Under the pieces are notes generated by a model. It made no database searches and was not told where the DNA came from. It saw nothing but the letters and a program-made list of their open reading frames with translations. Below are positions 19,323-29,542 of a stretch of DNA of 64,000 bases, piece by piece. The translations under genes were made by a program, and so were the position numbers. The stretch is from a virus. Where the stretch lies: IMG/VR virus record IMGVR_UViG_3300035670_000030, positions 64,001-128,000 of that record. The stretch is one strand, 5' to 3'. How positions within the stretch are numbered: the first letter of the stretch is position 1; each line of letters begins with the position of its first letter.

Positions 19323-22181
19323 TTATTTATTAGTCAAGTTAATAATTTCGTCATCTTCTAAGAGTTTCAAAATATTTAACATCAATTCAGCGCTTTGCCC
19401 TACTGTGTAAGAAGAAAAAGATGAAGGTTCTTGAATTGACGAAGACGAAGATGAAGATGAGGACGATTGACAACATGGATCTAATTGGCATGGGCATGTT
19501 GGCGGATCTGATACTTTAACACACTGATAACAAATATCATTACCTCCAGGACAATTAACAATTTGAGTTTGTGCTTTAAGATATCCTTTTTCAATAAATT
19601 TATCTAGTCTAAATGGAATTGGAGTTTTCCAAGCATTGACATCTGTACATTGTTTTGGATCACATACGAATAATTCAGCAGCCGGAAAGCTCATTTCTTC
19701 TTCGCAATTAAATGCTTGTTGCTGCCAACTAAATTCAGCTGGGTCAGCATCATTTGCGCAATTATAATTCAAACAACATACATCTCTATTATCATTAATT
19801 TCAGTACAGTCTGCATTTTTTTCTACATATTGCCAACAAGGATTTTTAAAAACTACGTCTGGCAATCCTACTTCTTTTAAATTTTCACAGCAATCACAAA
19901 TCGGGCATTTGCTCTCATTTTCTTTATAATATCTTCCACAAGATAGTTCTCTAAATGATTGCCATTCGGCTTCCATTGTGTAAGGTTCGCTAGATATGTT
20001 AAGTGTATAATTATTAAATTCTGACTGCCCATCTTGACAACTACTCAACCTACTATTAATAGTACCATTTAATTTAGCAACTATAGATGGATTCAATGAG
20101 CTAGCACAAATTGTTCTAATAAAATCATCTGAAACCTCAATATCTGCAGTATTTTCAAGTAACCCCTGATTAATTCTACCACCTTGTCCTTGATAAGTTT
20201 TACCTAAAAATACAAATGACATTGTTAGACTTGTATGGTCACATTCAATAGGACTACTTTTTCCAAGTACAGAAATTTTAACCTTATCTGTACTACAATA
20301 AGGAACTGCACTTACTATTTCTACAGTTGGGGGCATTTCACAACAACTATACTCTGGTGATGGTGTTGGGGTTGGAGTAGGTGTTGGGGTTGGAGTGGGT
20401 GTTGGGGTTGGAGTAGGTGTTGGGGTTGGAGTAGGTGTTGGGGAAGGTGACGGCGATGGTCCTGTAGTACAATCTGCTTGAGTAGTGCTATTATCAATAA
20501 CAAAATCATTTTGAACAAGTTCTTCAACTTGAGCGATCTCATTGACAATATTAAAATTAACTTTTGAATCTACAAATAAAGCACAATCTGGAACTATGCT
20601 TGTGCAATAACATTGTCTAATTATAACAGATGAAGTGCCTAATTGCGTTGGAGTTCCTTCTATTAAATTACTTTTTACTGTCGATAACGTTAATCCATTT
20701 GGTAAAGATCCACTTATAACACTCCAACTATTTGGTAACAACCCAAAACTTCTCCACAAATTTTCTTCTAAATCAATTCCATGATCCACAAGACAGCCTG
20801 GGGTATTGATACTATTCACAATTAATAAATTAGATGGAGTCCATCTAGGAGTATTTATTAAAAGATTTAATGTCTGTTCATTAGATAATCTTGCTAATGT
20901 TTGTAAATTAGGTGAGCTTGAACTAGAGCTCTCACCACCTCCACCGACACATTCAAATATTAATCTACTATTATCTACAGAATACAAATTTCCGGTAGAA
21001 GTAGGAGAATTTGTTATATTAATATTGACAAAAGAATCTCTATATATTAAGCATGGTGGATACAATCCAGTACAGTAACATTGACGTATTAATACTTTTC
21101 TACTTTCAGATTGTGTTGGTGTCCCTGTTATAAGCCCAAATGCGCCAGTTGATAATGTTAAACCAGCAGGCAGGGAACCAGAAATTATATTCCAAGTATT
21201 TGGAACAAGACCAGTAGTTTGCCATAAATTATTATTAGGAGCTATAAAACTAAAAAATACGTTACCAACTTGACCAGGTTGTAATACTGAAGGTAACTCA
21301 TTTACCAACATTGGTTGATTTAAGACACCGCTTAAAGTTTGCTCATTTGTCAAAACAGAAACAAATGTTTTTAATGGGTCTATACTAGAACTCGAACTTG
21401 AGCTCGAACCCAAGCTCGAACTTGAACTCGAGCTACTTGAGCAAGTAGGACATATATCATTCAGGCCCCATTTATTATTTAAATATTCACATAATTGTAA
21501 ACGTTCTTGACAAGTCATAGTTTTATTAAAAACCATTAACTCACCTAAATCATAACTATAACCTTCTTGAAAAATTCCCGATAAACCAATAGTACCACCA
21601 GGTTTTTGAGCATTAATTCTTTCATCATTAAGATATTGGAAATTATTTAAATTTTTTATCTGATTTAATTTTTTAAATGTGTTACCATTTCGGCCAAAGT
21701 AGTTGCTTCCACTATAAATCCATTGGTCAACAATAAAATTTTCAGTACCCGTAAGACTTCCATAAGAATCAACAGCGAAACTAGGGCCTATAACCTTGTT
21801 ACCAGAAGTATACATTCCTATAAAAACATTTGTTCCAGATCCGTTATCAATTGGCGTGTATACTGCTGCTAATTTTGATACGCCAGAAATACCAGAACAT
21901 GGTAAAGAAAATGGTATTAATGGAATATCATTTAATAGTTGAACATTATCCCATTTATGCACAAAAACTATATGTAATGGAATATTTAAATCAATTACTG
22001 GAAATTCTTCGTTAATTAATTCGCCACTAGAATTAATTCTAATAAAATCTATACCATTTCCAGAATAATAGCCAAATGATTGCGTGACACCAGCCATACC
22101 AGTTACGCCAGTCATTTTGAATAAGAAATTATTCTCAGATTTATCTCTAATTCCTGAAATTGTACCAATAAAATTAACCAT
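19323..22181 (-). CDS. Modular tail appendage/adhesin: LamG-like end, two putative Ig (He_PIG-like) repeats, Pro-Thr linker, Cys-rich C-terminus, poly-Ser linkers
   Basis: GELMVFNK...YLNNKWGL; two W.IISGSLP.GLTLST...I.GTPTQ repeats; (PT)n; four poly-Ser regions. Confidence 0.7.
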   Translation of the reverse strand: MVNFIGTISGIRDKSENNFLFKMTGVTGMAGVTQSFGYYSGNGIDFIRINSSGELINEEFPVIDLNIPLHIVFVHKWDNVQLLNDIPLIPFSLPCSGISGVSKLAAVYTPIDNGSGTNVFIGMYTSGNKVIGPSFAVDSYGSLTGTENFIVDQWIYSGSNYFGRNGNTFKKLNQIKNLNNFQYLNDERINAQKPGGTIGLSGIFQEGYSYDLGELMVFNKTMTCQERLQLCEYLNNKWGLNDICPTCSSSSSSSSSLGSSSSSSSSIDPLKTFVSVLTNEQTLSGVLNQPMLVNELPSVLQPGQVGNVFFSFIAPNNNLWQTTGLVPNTWNIISGSLPAGLTLSTGAFGLITGTPTQSESRKVLIRQCYCTGLYPPCLIYRDSFVNINITNSPTSTGNLYSVDNSRLIFECVGGGGESSSSSSPNLQTLARLSNEQTLNLLINTPRWTPSNLLIVNSINTPGCLVDHGIDLEENLWRSFGLLPNSWSVISGSLPNGLTLSTVKSNLIEGTPTQLGTSSVIIRQCYCTSIVPDCALFVDSKVNFNIVNEIAQVEELVQNDFVIDNSTTQADCTTGPSPSPSPTPTPTPTPTPTPTPTPTPTPTPTPTPSPEYSCCEMPPTVEIVSAVPYCSTDKVKISVLGKSSPIECDHTSLTMSFVFLGKTYQGQGGRINQGLLENTADIEVSDDFIRTICASSLNPSIVAKLNGTINSRLSSCQDGQSEFNNYTLNISSEPYTMEAEWQSFRELSCGRYYKENESKCPICDCCENLKEVGLPDVVFKNPCWQYVEKNADCTEINDNRDVCCLNYNCANDADPAEFSWQQQAFNCEEEMSFPAAELFVCDPKQCTDVNAWKTPIPFRLDKFIEKGYLKAQTQIVNCPGGNDICYQCVKVSDPPTCPCQLDPCCQSSSSSSSSSSIQEPSSFSSYTVGQSAELMLNILKLLEDDEIINLTNK
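20362..20443 (+). repeat. 18-bp tandem repeat (about 4.5 copies) encoding (Pro-Thr)n
   Basis: Unit ggtgttggggttggagta at 20362, 20380, 20398, 20416 and partial at 20434. Confidence 0.95.
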
Positions 22182-22204
22182 TTTTACCTTTTTCCTTATA
22201 TATG

Positions 22205-22210
22205 TTACAC
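22205..22210 (-). promoter_or_regulatory. GTGTAA putative late promoter
   Basis: GTGTAACATATATAAGGAAAAAGGTAAAAATG. Confidence 0.65.
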
Positions 22211-22253
22211 TTAAAAAATATTATTATATAATTTTAAAATTAAATATTTAATT

Positions 22254-25133
22254 TTATAAACTACTCGATGACGAAGTACTCGATAATGAGCTACTCGACG
22301 AATTTTCTAATATAATATCGTTATTTTCCGGATCTACCCATAAAGTATTTACGATTAAAGTCTCAGAACTTGACGAAGAACTACTCGATGACGAACTACT
22401 CGACAATGAACTGCTAGATGACGAACTACTCGAGGACGAACTAGAATTAAGATCTAAAAATAATATATTAGATGATCCTTCTGGATCTATCCATAAATTT
22501 GAACTAAATAATGATTCTGGTAAACTAGAACTACTACTACTACTACTTGGGAATCCTGCGCAAGTAAAATAACGATTGTCACATTCGCTATCCCATTCAA
22601 TTTCACAGCAAACAAAATCAGCATCAATAACCTCCTGATAACAAATATTATTAGTGTCAATATAACTAGGAGGAATTACCGTGCAACCAAAAGAAGAACT
22701 AGAACTAGACGTAATATTTTTATTAAATATAAATTTTAAAGATTTGCATCCAGTGATGATATCAAAATTTAAATTAAGATTACCAGTATTACTATAATTT
22801 TCATAAATTGTGTTATAATTATTATTATCTCTTGAAAATTGAAGTATTACTCCAGTTGGAATAAAACCACTCTCAAACTCAATATTAAACCCAGTAAAAT
22901 CAAAAAATTTATTAGTAACAGAGTAACCTAAAAATAAATCATTATTTATATCTCCAGATATTTCTCCATAAGGATAAATATTTTTATTTTCATTAAAAGC
23001 ATACCAAGCTGGATATGATAAAGAATCATTACTATAAAAAACTTCCCCAGAAAAAGAATTATTATTTAAAATTCCCCCTGAAGGATTATTATATCCAGTT
23101 AAATTTGGAGCAACAGGATAAACAGAAAAAAATTCTGAATTATTTATAGTAACTGGTATTCCTGTGTATAACTCAATTTTTCTAAATCCTATTCCACTAC
23201 TTGATTTTTGACCCGTAAAATTATGAGGCCAATTTTGTCCAGACTTAATTTCAATTCTAGCATAATTATAACTAGCATTATTATTAATTAATTGATCGGC
23301 ATTATTACATTCTAGTATTATTTGTTGTGGATATTCATAGAAATTTAAATCTTCACTTCTTAGAAAAAGCCCGTTACCAGACCGACTATCTATTGTTGTC
23401 CATGGGCCTTCTCTATTAATTGATAATTGTAAATCAAAATTATATGGATATTTTAAAGCATTAAAGTCTAACTCAAAAGAATAAAAAGATATTTTACTTT
23501 TTATTGATGGTTCATAAAATTTAAAGAATATTCCTATATCGCCAGTATTTCCAGTTAAATAAAAATATTCATTACCAATAAATGCTTTATCTGACAAAGA
23601 GTTATTTTCAGATGCAAATCCACTTCCACCATATATAAATAACCCCTCTTCTTGATTAATTATCGGATTTAACAAAACGCCAGTAGATTCGTTTATTATT
23701 ATATTGCCTAAATTAATCTCTCCAGAATTATTAGAAATTATATTTCCAAATAAAAGTCCTGTTAGTCCTACAATTTTATTTCCAGATCCAGTATAATTTA
23801 AACCAGTAATATTATTTGATTCCCAAAATAATTTTTTATTATATAAAAAATAATCTCCAGTATAATAACCAGAACCAGTTAAACTTTGTAGTCCTGTTTT
23901 AATATTTATACTATTAAAATAAAAACCTGTTAGATTAATATTTCTTGTTTCTGAAAATAACCCGTACCCATAGACAAAACCAGTTAAGGGTGAATTTAAG
24001 AATCCTGTAGCTGTAATTAAAGTTCCTTCTGGAGAATTTCCTGTTCCACTAGCCCCAAGTAATGGCAAACGATATTGGTAATTAAGTTCTCCCGTGGCAA
24101 ATTGTAGTTCTCTATAGCTTTCTGATAAAATGCCTGTCGGAAATTGGTTATAGTAATCTCTTTCTAAAAAAGAAGTGCCTAAACCTGTTAAAACGCCAGT
24201 AATATAATCAAAACCATATATAAATCCAGATGCGTTTCCACTTATAAAACCACTTGCGGCAAATTCTCCAAGAATTAATTCACCAGTATGCCCAGAAATA
24301 TTTTTTATTAATATTGTTACGTTTAGTGGGTCTGGATATATCGTTCTTAATTCAAAATTATAATATTGCCCAAAAGTAAAATTATCAATAAGACCTGTTC
24401 CGCCAGTATAGCCTGTAAATAAATCAATAAAATAAACTGGCCCTGGAATCGAATCAAAAGAGATAGTATTTTGAATATTCCCAAAATTAGTATTTAAAAA
24501 TAAAGTAGCTAAAGACGGAGTAACTTCATTAATACTAACTTGATCGTCAAATTCTGGTTTTAAAATTATTTGACCAGATTGATTTCCAGATATGATAAAT
24601 AATGGTAAACTTTGGATTTCATAATCTGTATTTTCATTAAATAAAGTGCCGCTAAAAATTCTAAAGGATTTTTGAGATTCATTTTCTAAATTCTTAATAA
24701 CTCCAGTTAAGTTTTGTCCAAAAAAACCACTTTTTGGAAAGATTATATTATAATTTGGCTTATCTCCTTGAATATAAAAATCGTATTCAATTTCAGAGCC
24801 AGTAGTTTTTACATAAAAATAATCATAGTATGAATTGTCCAATTTCGGAGAAAATAAACATACTGGATTTTGATTTATAAAATAATTAATATATCCAGAA
24901 CCAATATTTCCGGAAAAGCTTACTACTTCTCTTGGATTATAAGACCATACATATTTGTTATTAAAATCAAAAATATTTCCATCTTTAAAGGAGAAGATTT
25001 GTAATGTTTTTTCATCTCCTGAAAAACCAATTTCTGAAACACCAGAACAAGTAGAATTTGTAGCATTAAATGAAAAAGAAAATTCATTTTGTGCTGCAAA
25101 ATTTCTATACTGTATTCCAGAAGTAATAATCAT
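22254..25133 (-). CDS. Large tail structural protein with discoidin (F5/8C)-like regions, Cys-rich module and poly-Ser tail
   Basis: PYNFDLQLS...WTTIDSRSG; YPAWYAFN; CYQEVIDADFVCCEIEWDSEC; two LW(I/V)DPE motifs between Ser tracts. Confidence 0.6.
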   Translation of the reverse strand: MIITSGIQYRNFAAQNEFSFSFNATNSTCSGVSEIGFSGDEKTLQIFSFKDGNIFDFNNKYVWSYNPREVVSFSGNIGSGYINYFINQNPVCLFSPKLDNSYYDYFYVKTTGSEIEYDFYIQGDKPNYNIIFPKSGFFGQNLTGVIKNLENESQKSFRIFSGTLFNENTDYEIQSLPLFIISGNQSGQIILKPEFDDQVSINEVTPSLATLFLNTNFGNIQNTISFDSIPGPVYFIDLFTGYTGGTGLIDNFTFGQYYNFELRTIYPDPLNVTILIKNISGHTGELILGEFAASGFISGNASGFIYGFDYITGVLTGLGTSFLERDYYNQFPTGILSESYRELQFATGELNYQYRLPLLGASGTGNSPEGTLITATGFLNSPLTGFVYGYGLFSETRNINLTGFYFNSINIKTGLQSLTGSGYYTGDYFLYNKKLFWESNNITGLNYTGSGNKIVGLTGLLFGNIISNNSGEINLGNIIINESTGVLLNPIINQEEGLFIYGGSGFASENNSLSDKAFIGNEYFYLTGNTGDIGIFFKFYEPSIKSKISFYSFELDFNALKYPYNFDLQLSINREGPWTTIDSRSGNGLFLRSEDLNFYEYPQQIILECNNADQLINNNASYNYARIEIKSGQNWPHNFTGQKSSSGIGFRKIELYTGIPVTINNSEFFSVYPVAPNLTGYNNPSGGILNNNSFSGEVFYSNDSLSYPAWYAFNENKNIYPYGEISGDINNDLFLGYSVTNKFFDFTGFNIEFESGFIPTGVILQFSRDNNNYNTIYENYSNTGNLNLNFDIITGCKSLKFIFNKNITSSSSSSFGCTVIPPSYIDTNNICYQEVIDADFVCCEIEWDSECDNRYFTCAGFPSSSSSSSSLPESLFSSNLWIDPEGSSNILFLDLNSSSSSSSSSSSSSLSSSSSSSSSSSSSETLIVNTLWVDPENNDIILENSSSSSLSSTSSSSSL

Positions 25134-25135
25134 AT

Positions 25136-27541
25136 TTAGGATGCGTTATAAGACGCTCTGTTAAATTGCGATTGAACATATCTAACTGTATTATTAGCTT
25201 TTGATAATTTTGGTGGTTTAGTTGAAAAAGTTGCGGTAGTTGTAAAACCATCAGACGATAAACTTATATCTAAATTTGATAATCCATTTTGAGGGCTAAG
25301 CGTTATATTTGATGGTTCGCCAGCAAATGTATATTTAATTTCTTCTTGCGGTCTAGAACAAACCGCATCTGCTGGTTTAATTAAATTGCTAGGACGTCTC
25401 GATTGAAAAGAATCTTCGTCTGGATCTGTAATATTTTCATTATTAATTCTAATTTCTGCGACATCATTTGCCACACCAGGATTTCCAGCAGACCATAAAA
25501 ATTGTTCCGTTCCTACTGTACTAATTTTATTGATATTAATATTGTATCTGCATACAACCTGTAAACTTCCATCAGATGGAGCGAAAATTCTAAGAGAGCC
25601 GCCTTTAAGAGAAATACTACAAGATTTTGCTGTTTTTGTTATCAAACCACTAACATAATCATCAGGGTTAGTCGTATCATTCGTAGTTCCCCCCGCTGCC
25701 TCTATAGCCTTATCTCTTGCAATTTCTTCGGCAGCTTTACAGGAACCTTTTTCTAAACTTTCATCATATTGAGGGCAATTTTTTTTACCAGATTGAATAT
25801 TAGCATTTTTCTGATCATAATATGTTTGCTCAAGAGGGTTTAATCCCCTACTAGTTGAAGATCTAAATCCAATTTTATTTCTTACAAATTTTTCACTATT
25901 TGGAAAAATTATTAAAGTATTTACTTTTTTTGATTGTTCGCCAGTAAGTATTTTTGCAGTAACTAGCGCATCTGAGATTCCAGACTCTTTTAAATCAATA
26001 TGAATAGGCGCACAATTTTGAATTTCATTTGCTAAATTTTCATAACCAAGAGCTTCTTGCGCGCTAGTTTCGTCATGGCTCATGGTACCACCCCTATCGA
26101 TAATTCTTCTACCTGCAAAATTTTCACTACCTTGTTCTTGGACTTGCCCCTCTGGATCTACAGAAATTTCTACTTCTATTGTATAATTAGAATTACAATA
26201 AAAAAATGAACCAGAAGAATCTGAAGCTCGATAATATCTACCATGATATTGTAATAATTTTTGTTCAATTTCATGCCATTTATCAGCAATTGTCGGATCT
26301 CTGTTAATAAAATTAAAGTCATAGTTAGGAAGATCTTTTGCATCAAAAGCTTCTAAGTCAGAAATCATATCCTGAAAACCAAATTTTTTAAGAGCGCTTA
26401 TAATTTTTAGTTTATTAGTTGTAATACCACTATTTATTTTATATCCAAGAGCTTCCCAATGTTCATTTTGAAAACTGTATAAATCTCTTAAACTTCTTGA
26501 TACATAACCTAAGAAAGCTGCGTGAACAAAATTGTCTTGGTTTCTTTTCCCGCCCCATCTTCCTTTGTCTGCATTGATAGATTGGGGCGCACCAACTTTA
26601 TTTATAAAATAACTAATTGGATATGGAGATAACGAATATAAAACAACTCTCGATTTTGAAGCACTCAGAGCTTTAACTGCAGATCTCGGCATTGCCGTAT
26701 ATCCAATACCATATTGTCTAAATGTTCCCTGCATAGAAACAGATTTTTCTTTTGAAATAATGCTTGGGTGAGAAATATCTGGAATGGTAGCAACGCCAAC
26801 AGAAACATCAAAAAATCTAAGCGTATTTGTTGAAAAATCCCAATAATAATCAAAACCTAGATCTGAGCACCAACTACTTAAAACTTCTCTTAGAGTTCCT
26901 TCATGAGTTGCTTTCCATTCATTATTATTTGGTGCAGATGACATATTTACAGGAATTTGGCCTTTTAAATCATTAAAAGTATAATAAGTATCTGGTATAT
27001 CACATACAGAATTTGCGAATTTTTCATGCCCAACCAAAATAACATTTCCAACTTTTGTAGATCCCAAAGAATAAGATTTAGATGGAACTGTTATTCTACC
27101 TAATCTTTTCTCTACAAATTCCGTATAAGGAAAACCTGATAATTTTGTATTTCTTCTCGGTACTAATATAGACTCGTCACTAAAATCAAAAGTTTTATTT
27201 TTATTTTGCAGCGTCCCATTTTTTCCCAACAACCCGCGTTTCCATAATAAAACATAGTATCTATCTAATATTATACTATTATCAATAAGAGTTACTTGTA
27301 ATGTTTTTTCTCCAGCAGATTCTCGAAAATTATAAGACCAAACAATTCCATTAAATTTAAAATTTCCAAAAGTTACTGAAGTTTGAGAATTTAAAGCTGG
27401 AGTTGAATAAATACCATTTTCATTCACAATATCTATTGTTAATTTAGATGGTTCAGCAGAGTATCCAATACTCATATTTAGTCCATATATTACCCCGCCA
27501 TAATTTGGCCCTGATATTGTTGGTACATTTTTTATTGCCAT
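25136..27541 (-). CDS. Putative tail tip/hub protein
   Basis: Position after the TMP; PSKLTIDIV and GTLREVLSSWCSDLGFDYYWD hub-like pattern. Confidence 0.55.
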   Translation of the reverse strand: MAIKNVPTISGPNYGGVIYGLNMSIGYSAEPSKLTIDIVNENGIYSTPALNSQTSVTFGNFKFNGIVWSYNFRESAGEKTLQVTLIDNSIILDRYYVLLWKRGLLGKNGTLQNKNKTFDFSDESILVPRRNTKLSGFPYTEFVEKRLGRITVPSKSYSLGSTKVGNVILVGHEKFANSVCDIPDTYYTFNDLKGQIPVNMSSAPNNNEWKATHEGTLREVLSSWCSDLGFDYYWDFSTNTLRFFDVSVGVATIPDISHPSIISKEKSVSMQGTFRQYGIGYTAMPRSAVKALSASKSRVVLYSLSPYPISYFINKVGAPQSINADKGRWGGKRNQDNFVHAAFLGYVSRSLRDLYSFQNEHWEALGYKINSGITTNKLKIISALKKFGFQDMISDLEAFDAKDLPNYDFNFINRDPTIADKWHEIEQKLLQYHGRYYRASDSSGSFFYCNSNYTIEVEISVDPEGQVQEQGSENFAGRRIIDRGGTMSHDETSAQEALGYENLANEIQNCAPIHIDLKESGISDALVTAKILTGEQSKKVNTLIIFPNSEKFVRNKIGFRSSTSRGLNPLEQTYYDQKNANIQSGKKNCPQYDESLEKGSCKAAEEIARDKAIEAAGGTTNDTTNPDDYVSGLITKTAKSCSISLKGGSLRIFAPSDGSLQVVCRYNININKISTVGTEQFLWSAGNPGVANDVAEIRINNENITDPDEDSFQSRRPSNLIKPADAVCSRPQEEIKYTFAGEPSNITLSPQNGLSNLDISLSSDGFTTTATFSTKPPKLSKANNTVRYVQSQFNRASYNAS

Positions 27542-27570
27542 TTCCTTTTTCCTTTATATTCCTATTTAAT

Positions 27571-27576
27571 TTACAC
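27571..27576 (-). promoter_or_regulatory. GTGTAA putative late promoter, overlapping the Val and stop codons of the upstream gene
   Basis: GTGTAAATTAAATAGGAATATAAAGGAAAAAGGAAATG. Confidence 0.6.
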
Positions 27577-29538
27577 AAAAAAATCGTCTGTATTATTATA
27601 AATTACTTCTTTAAATACGCTTGGTTCTTTAAAAACTCCAGAAATTAAATCATAATTACTATTTTCAATATAATTGCTATTAATTTTTTGTTTAATACCA
27701 TTATAATAAACTTGCGAACAGCCATGATTAAATGGGTAATTAAATTTTAATGTTCCAGAATTTCCTGATACATAATTATTATAATGGTTTATTTCTCTAA
27801 CCATAAAATAATTTAAATCATTAGAAGGATTTACGTTTAGAAAATATAAATTCATACCAGTTTCAATCCTCTCAACTGAGTAGTCAATACCACTAATTAA
27901 TTTTTGACCATTTTTAAAAACAAAAGCATCAACACCACTGTTTGATGATTGATAAAAAATTTCTCCAAATATATTACCTGTTCTTTGTGAAAAACTTGAT
28001 TTTCCACTAAAGTAGTCGTAAAATAAAAAATCTTTTACACCAAAAAATTTATTTGTTTCAACTGTTGTCCCAGTTATAAAATAATCAAATTTTGGACTTC
28101 GTATTATTTCATATCCGCTTGGAATAAGTTCATAACCATCATCAATTAGCGCTTGTCCATTACCAAACATTAAAACTTCATTTGGGCCAAATTCTCTATC
28201 GATATAAAAATAATTTTCATTTAAAACATCGTATCCTAAATTTATATTATAATCTAAAACTTTACTTTGATTTTTTTCTGCATATATTTCTACTATATCA
28301 TTATCTATTGGCTCTACACTAGCAGGGCCAACCGCTGTTAATAAACTAATTTCTTTATAAGATAATGAGGCCAAGTAGTTATCATCATATGAGTACAAAA
28401 CATCGCCAGTGTTATTAAAATAAGAATCACATATTAAACCAGTTACAAACACATTTTCGATACCAGTGTCTATTCCTATTAATTCGATCTCTGTAAATCC
28501 TGTCACGTATGTAATTCCAGTTAATGGTACCGTCACTAAAACTTCGTTATATATTTCTCCAGATAAAGCAATTTGTTCTACAATATTAACACTGTTTCCA
28601 CAGTTATCAATGTAAGATCCCAAAAATTTACCACTATAGCCAGTAATACCAGTATATACATAACCAGAATTAATTTGTTGATATCCAGTGATACCAGTAA
28701 TACCACTTTCGAATCCTGAAACTAAAACCCCAGTAACAGTAGAATAAGAATACCCAGATCCAGATAAAAATCCTGTCGTATAACAATATTCTTCTAAATC
28801 GCCCTCAAAACCCGTAGGTTCTGAAAAAAATCCCCTAGCTAAAACATTTGCATAAACATAAGGTATATTATTAAATATATATAACCTATCCATATAACCA
28901 CTAAAATTTGAAGGATTATTAGAATCCCAAGCGTATCCATTTGGATTTCCTCCTACATATAAATTAGAACTATTTATGAAATTGTTTTGATAAATTTCAA
29001 ATTCTTGAGATGAAAATTGAAAATTATTATTATTAAAATGTCCTAGAGTAATAACAGAATTTGTTCGATTGATGACCAAAATATTTTTATCTGACAGTAT
29101 ACCAGTATATGTAAAAGTAAATGATCCTTCTATATTATTCCAATATTTTAGATATAATTTATTGGCATCATTAATTCCGATATTAAATCCAGAATAAGTA
29201 TTAAACGAATTTCCAGTGACTGAAGACAATAGAACTTCATTGCCCATTCTTAGTTTTTCATATGAAATCAAAATAGTAGATTCATTTAAAGAATAGTCTT
29301 TACTTAATTTAAAATAATTTGTCGTGTTAAAATTTCCACTCCCAGAATAATCAAAAAACCCATTCCCACCGATAGTGTTTAGAATCCCAGATGAAGCGCC
29401 AGTTGCCCACGGATCACCATATACTATATCAGTATTCGTTGTGGGGTTAGATCTGAATGAAAATGCTGTGACAATATCTGCGTAGTTTATGTTTAACGCA
29501 TCTACTAAAAAATTCATTCCTGAAATTATATTTACCAT
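27571..29538 (-). CDS. Tail protein with N-terminal LamG/concanavalin A-like domain
   Basis: LYVGG...FSGYMDRLYIFN; TG-rich repeats; repeated NGQ(K/A)LI motifs; start at 29538 avoids overlap with the upstream gene. Confidence 0.65.
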   Translation of the reverse strand: MVNIISGMNFLVDALNINYADIVTAFSFRSNPTTNTDIVYGDPWATGASSGILNTIGGNGFFDYSGSGNFNTTNYFKLSKDYSLNESTILISYEKLRMGNEVLLSSVTGNSFNTYSGFNIGINDANKLYLKYWNNIEGSFTFTYTGILSDKNILVINRTNSVITLGHFNNNNFQFSSQEFEIYQNNFINSSNLYVGGNPNGYAWDSNNPSNFSGYMDRLYIFNNIPYVYANVLARGFFSEPTGFEGDLEEYCYTTGFLSGSGYSYSTVTGVLVSGFESGITGITGYQQINSGYVYTGITGYSGKFLGSYIDNCGNSVNIVEQIALSGEIYNEVLVTVPLTGITYVTGFTEIELIGIDTGIENVFVTGLICDSYFNNTGDVLYSYDDNYLASLSYKEISLLTAVGPASVEPIDNDIVEIYAEKNQSKVLDYNINLGYDVLNENYFYIDREFGPNEVLMFGNGQALIDDGYELIPSGYEIIRSPKFDYFITGTTVETNKFFGVKDFLFYDYFSGKSSFSQRTGNIFGEIFYQSSNSGVDAFVFKNGQKLISGIDYSVERIETGMNLYFLNVNPSNDLNYFMVREINHYNNYVSGNSGTLKFNYPFNHGCSQVYYNGIKQKINSNYIENSNYDLISGVFKEPSVFKEVIYNNTDDFFV

Positions 29539-29542
29539 ATTA

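Noticed and set aside
20362-20443. G-quadruplex from the GGGG runs
   Set aside because: Fully explained by Pro/Thr codons on the coding strand, and the loops are long
22235-22256. 22-bp perfect palindrome taaaattaaatatttaatttta
   Set aside because: A/T only in an extremely AT-rich gap; plausibly chance or at most a weak terminator
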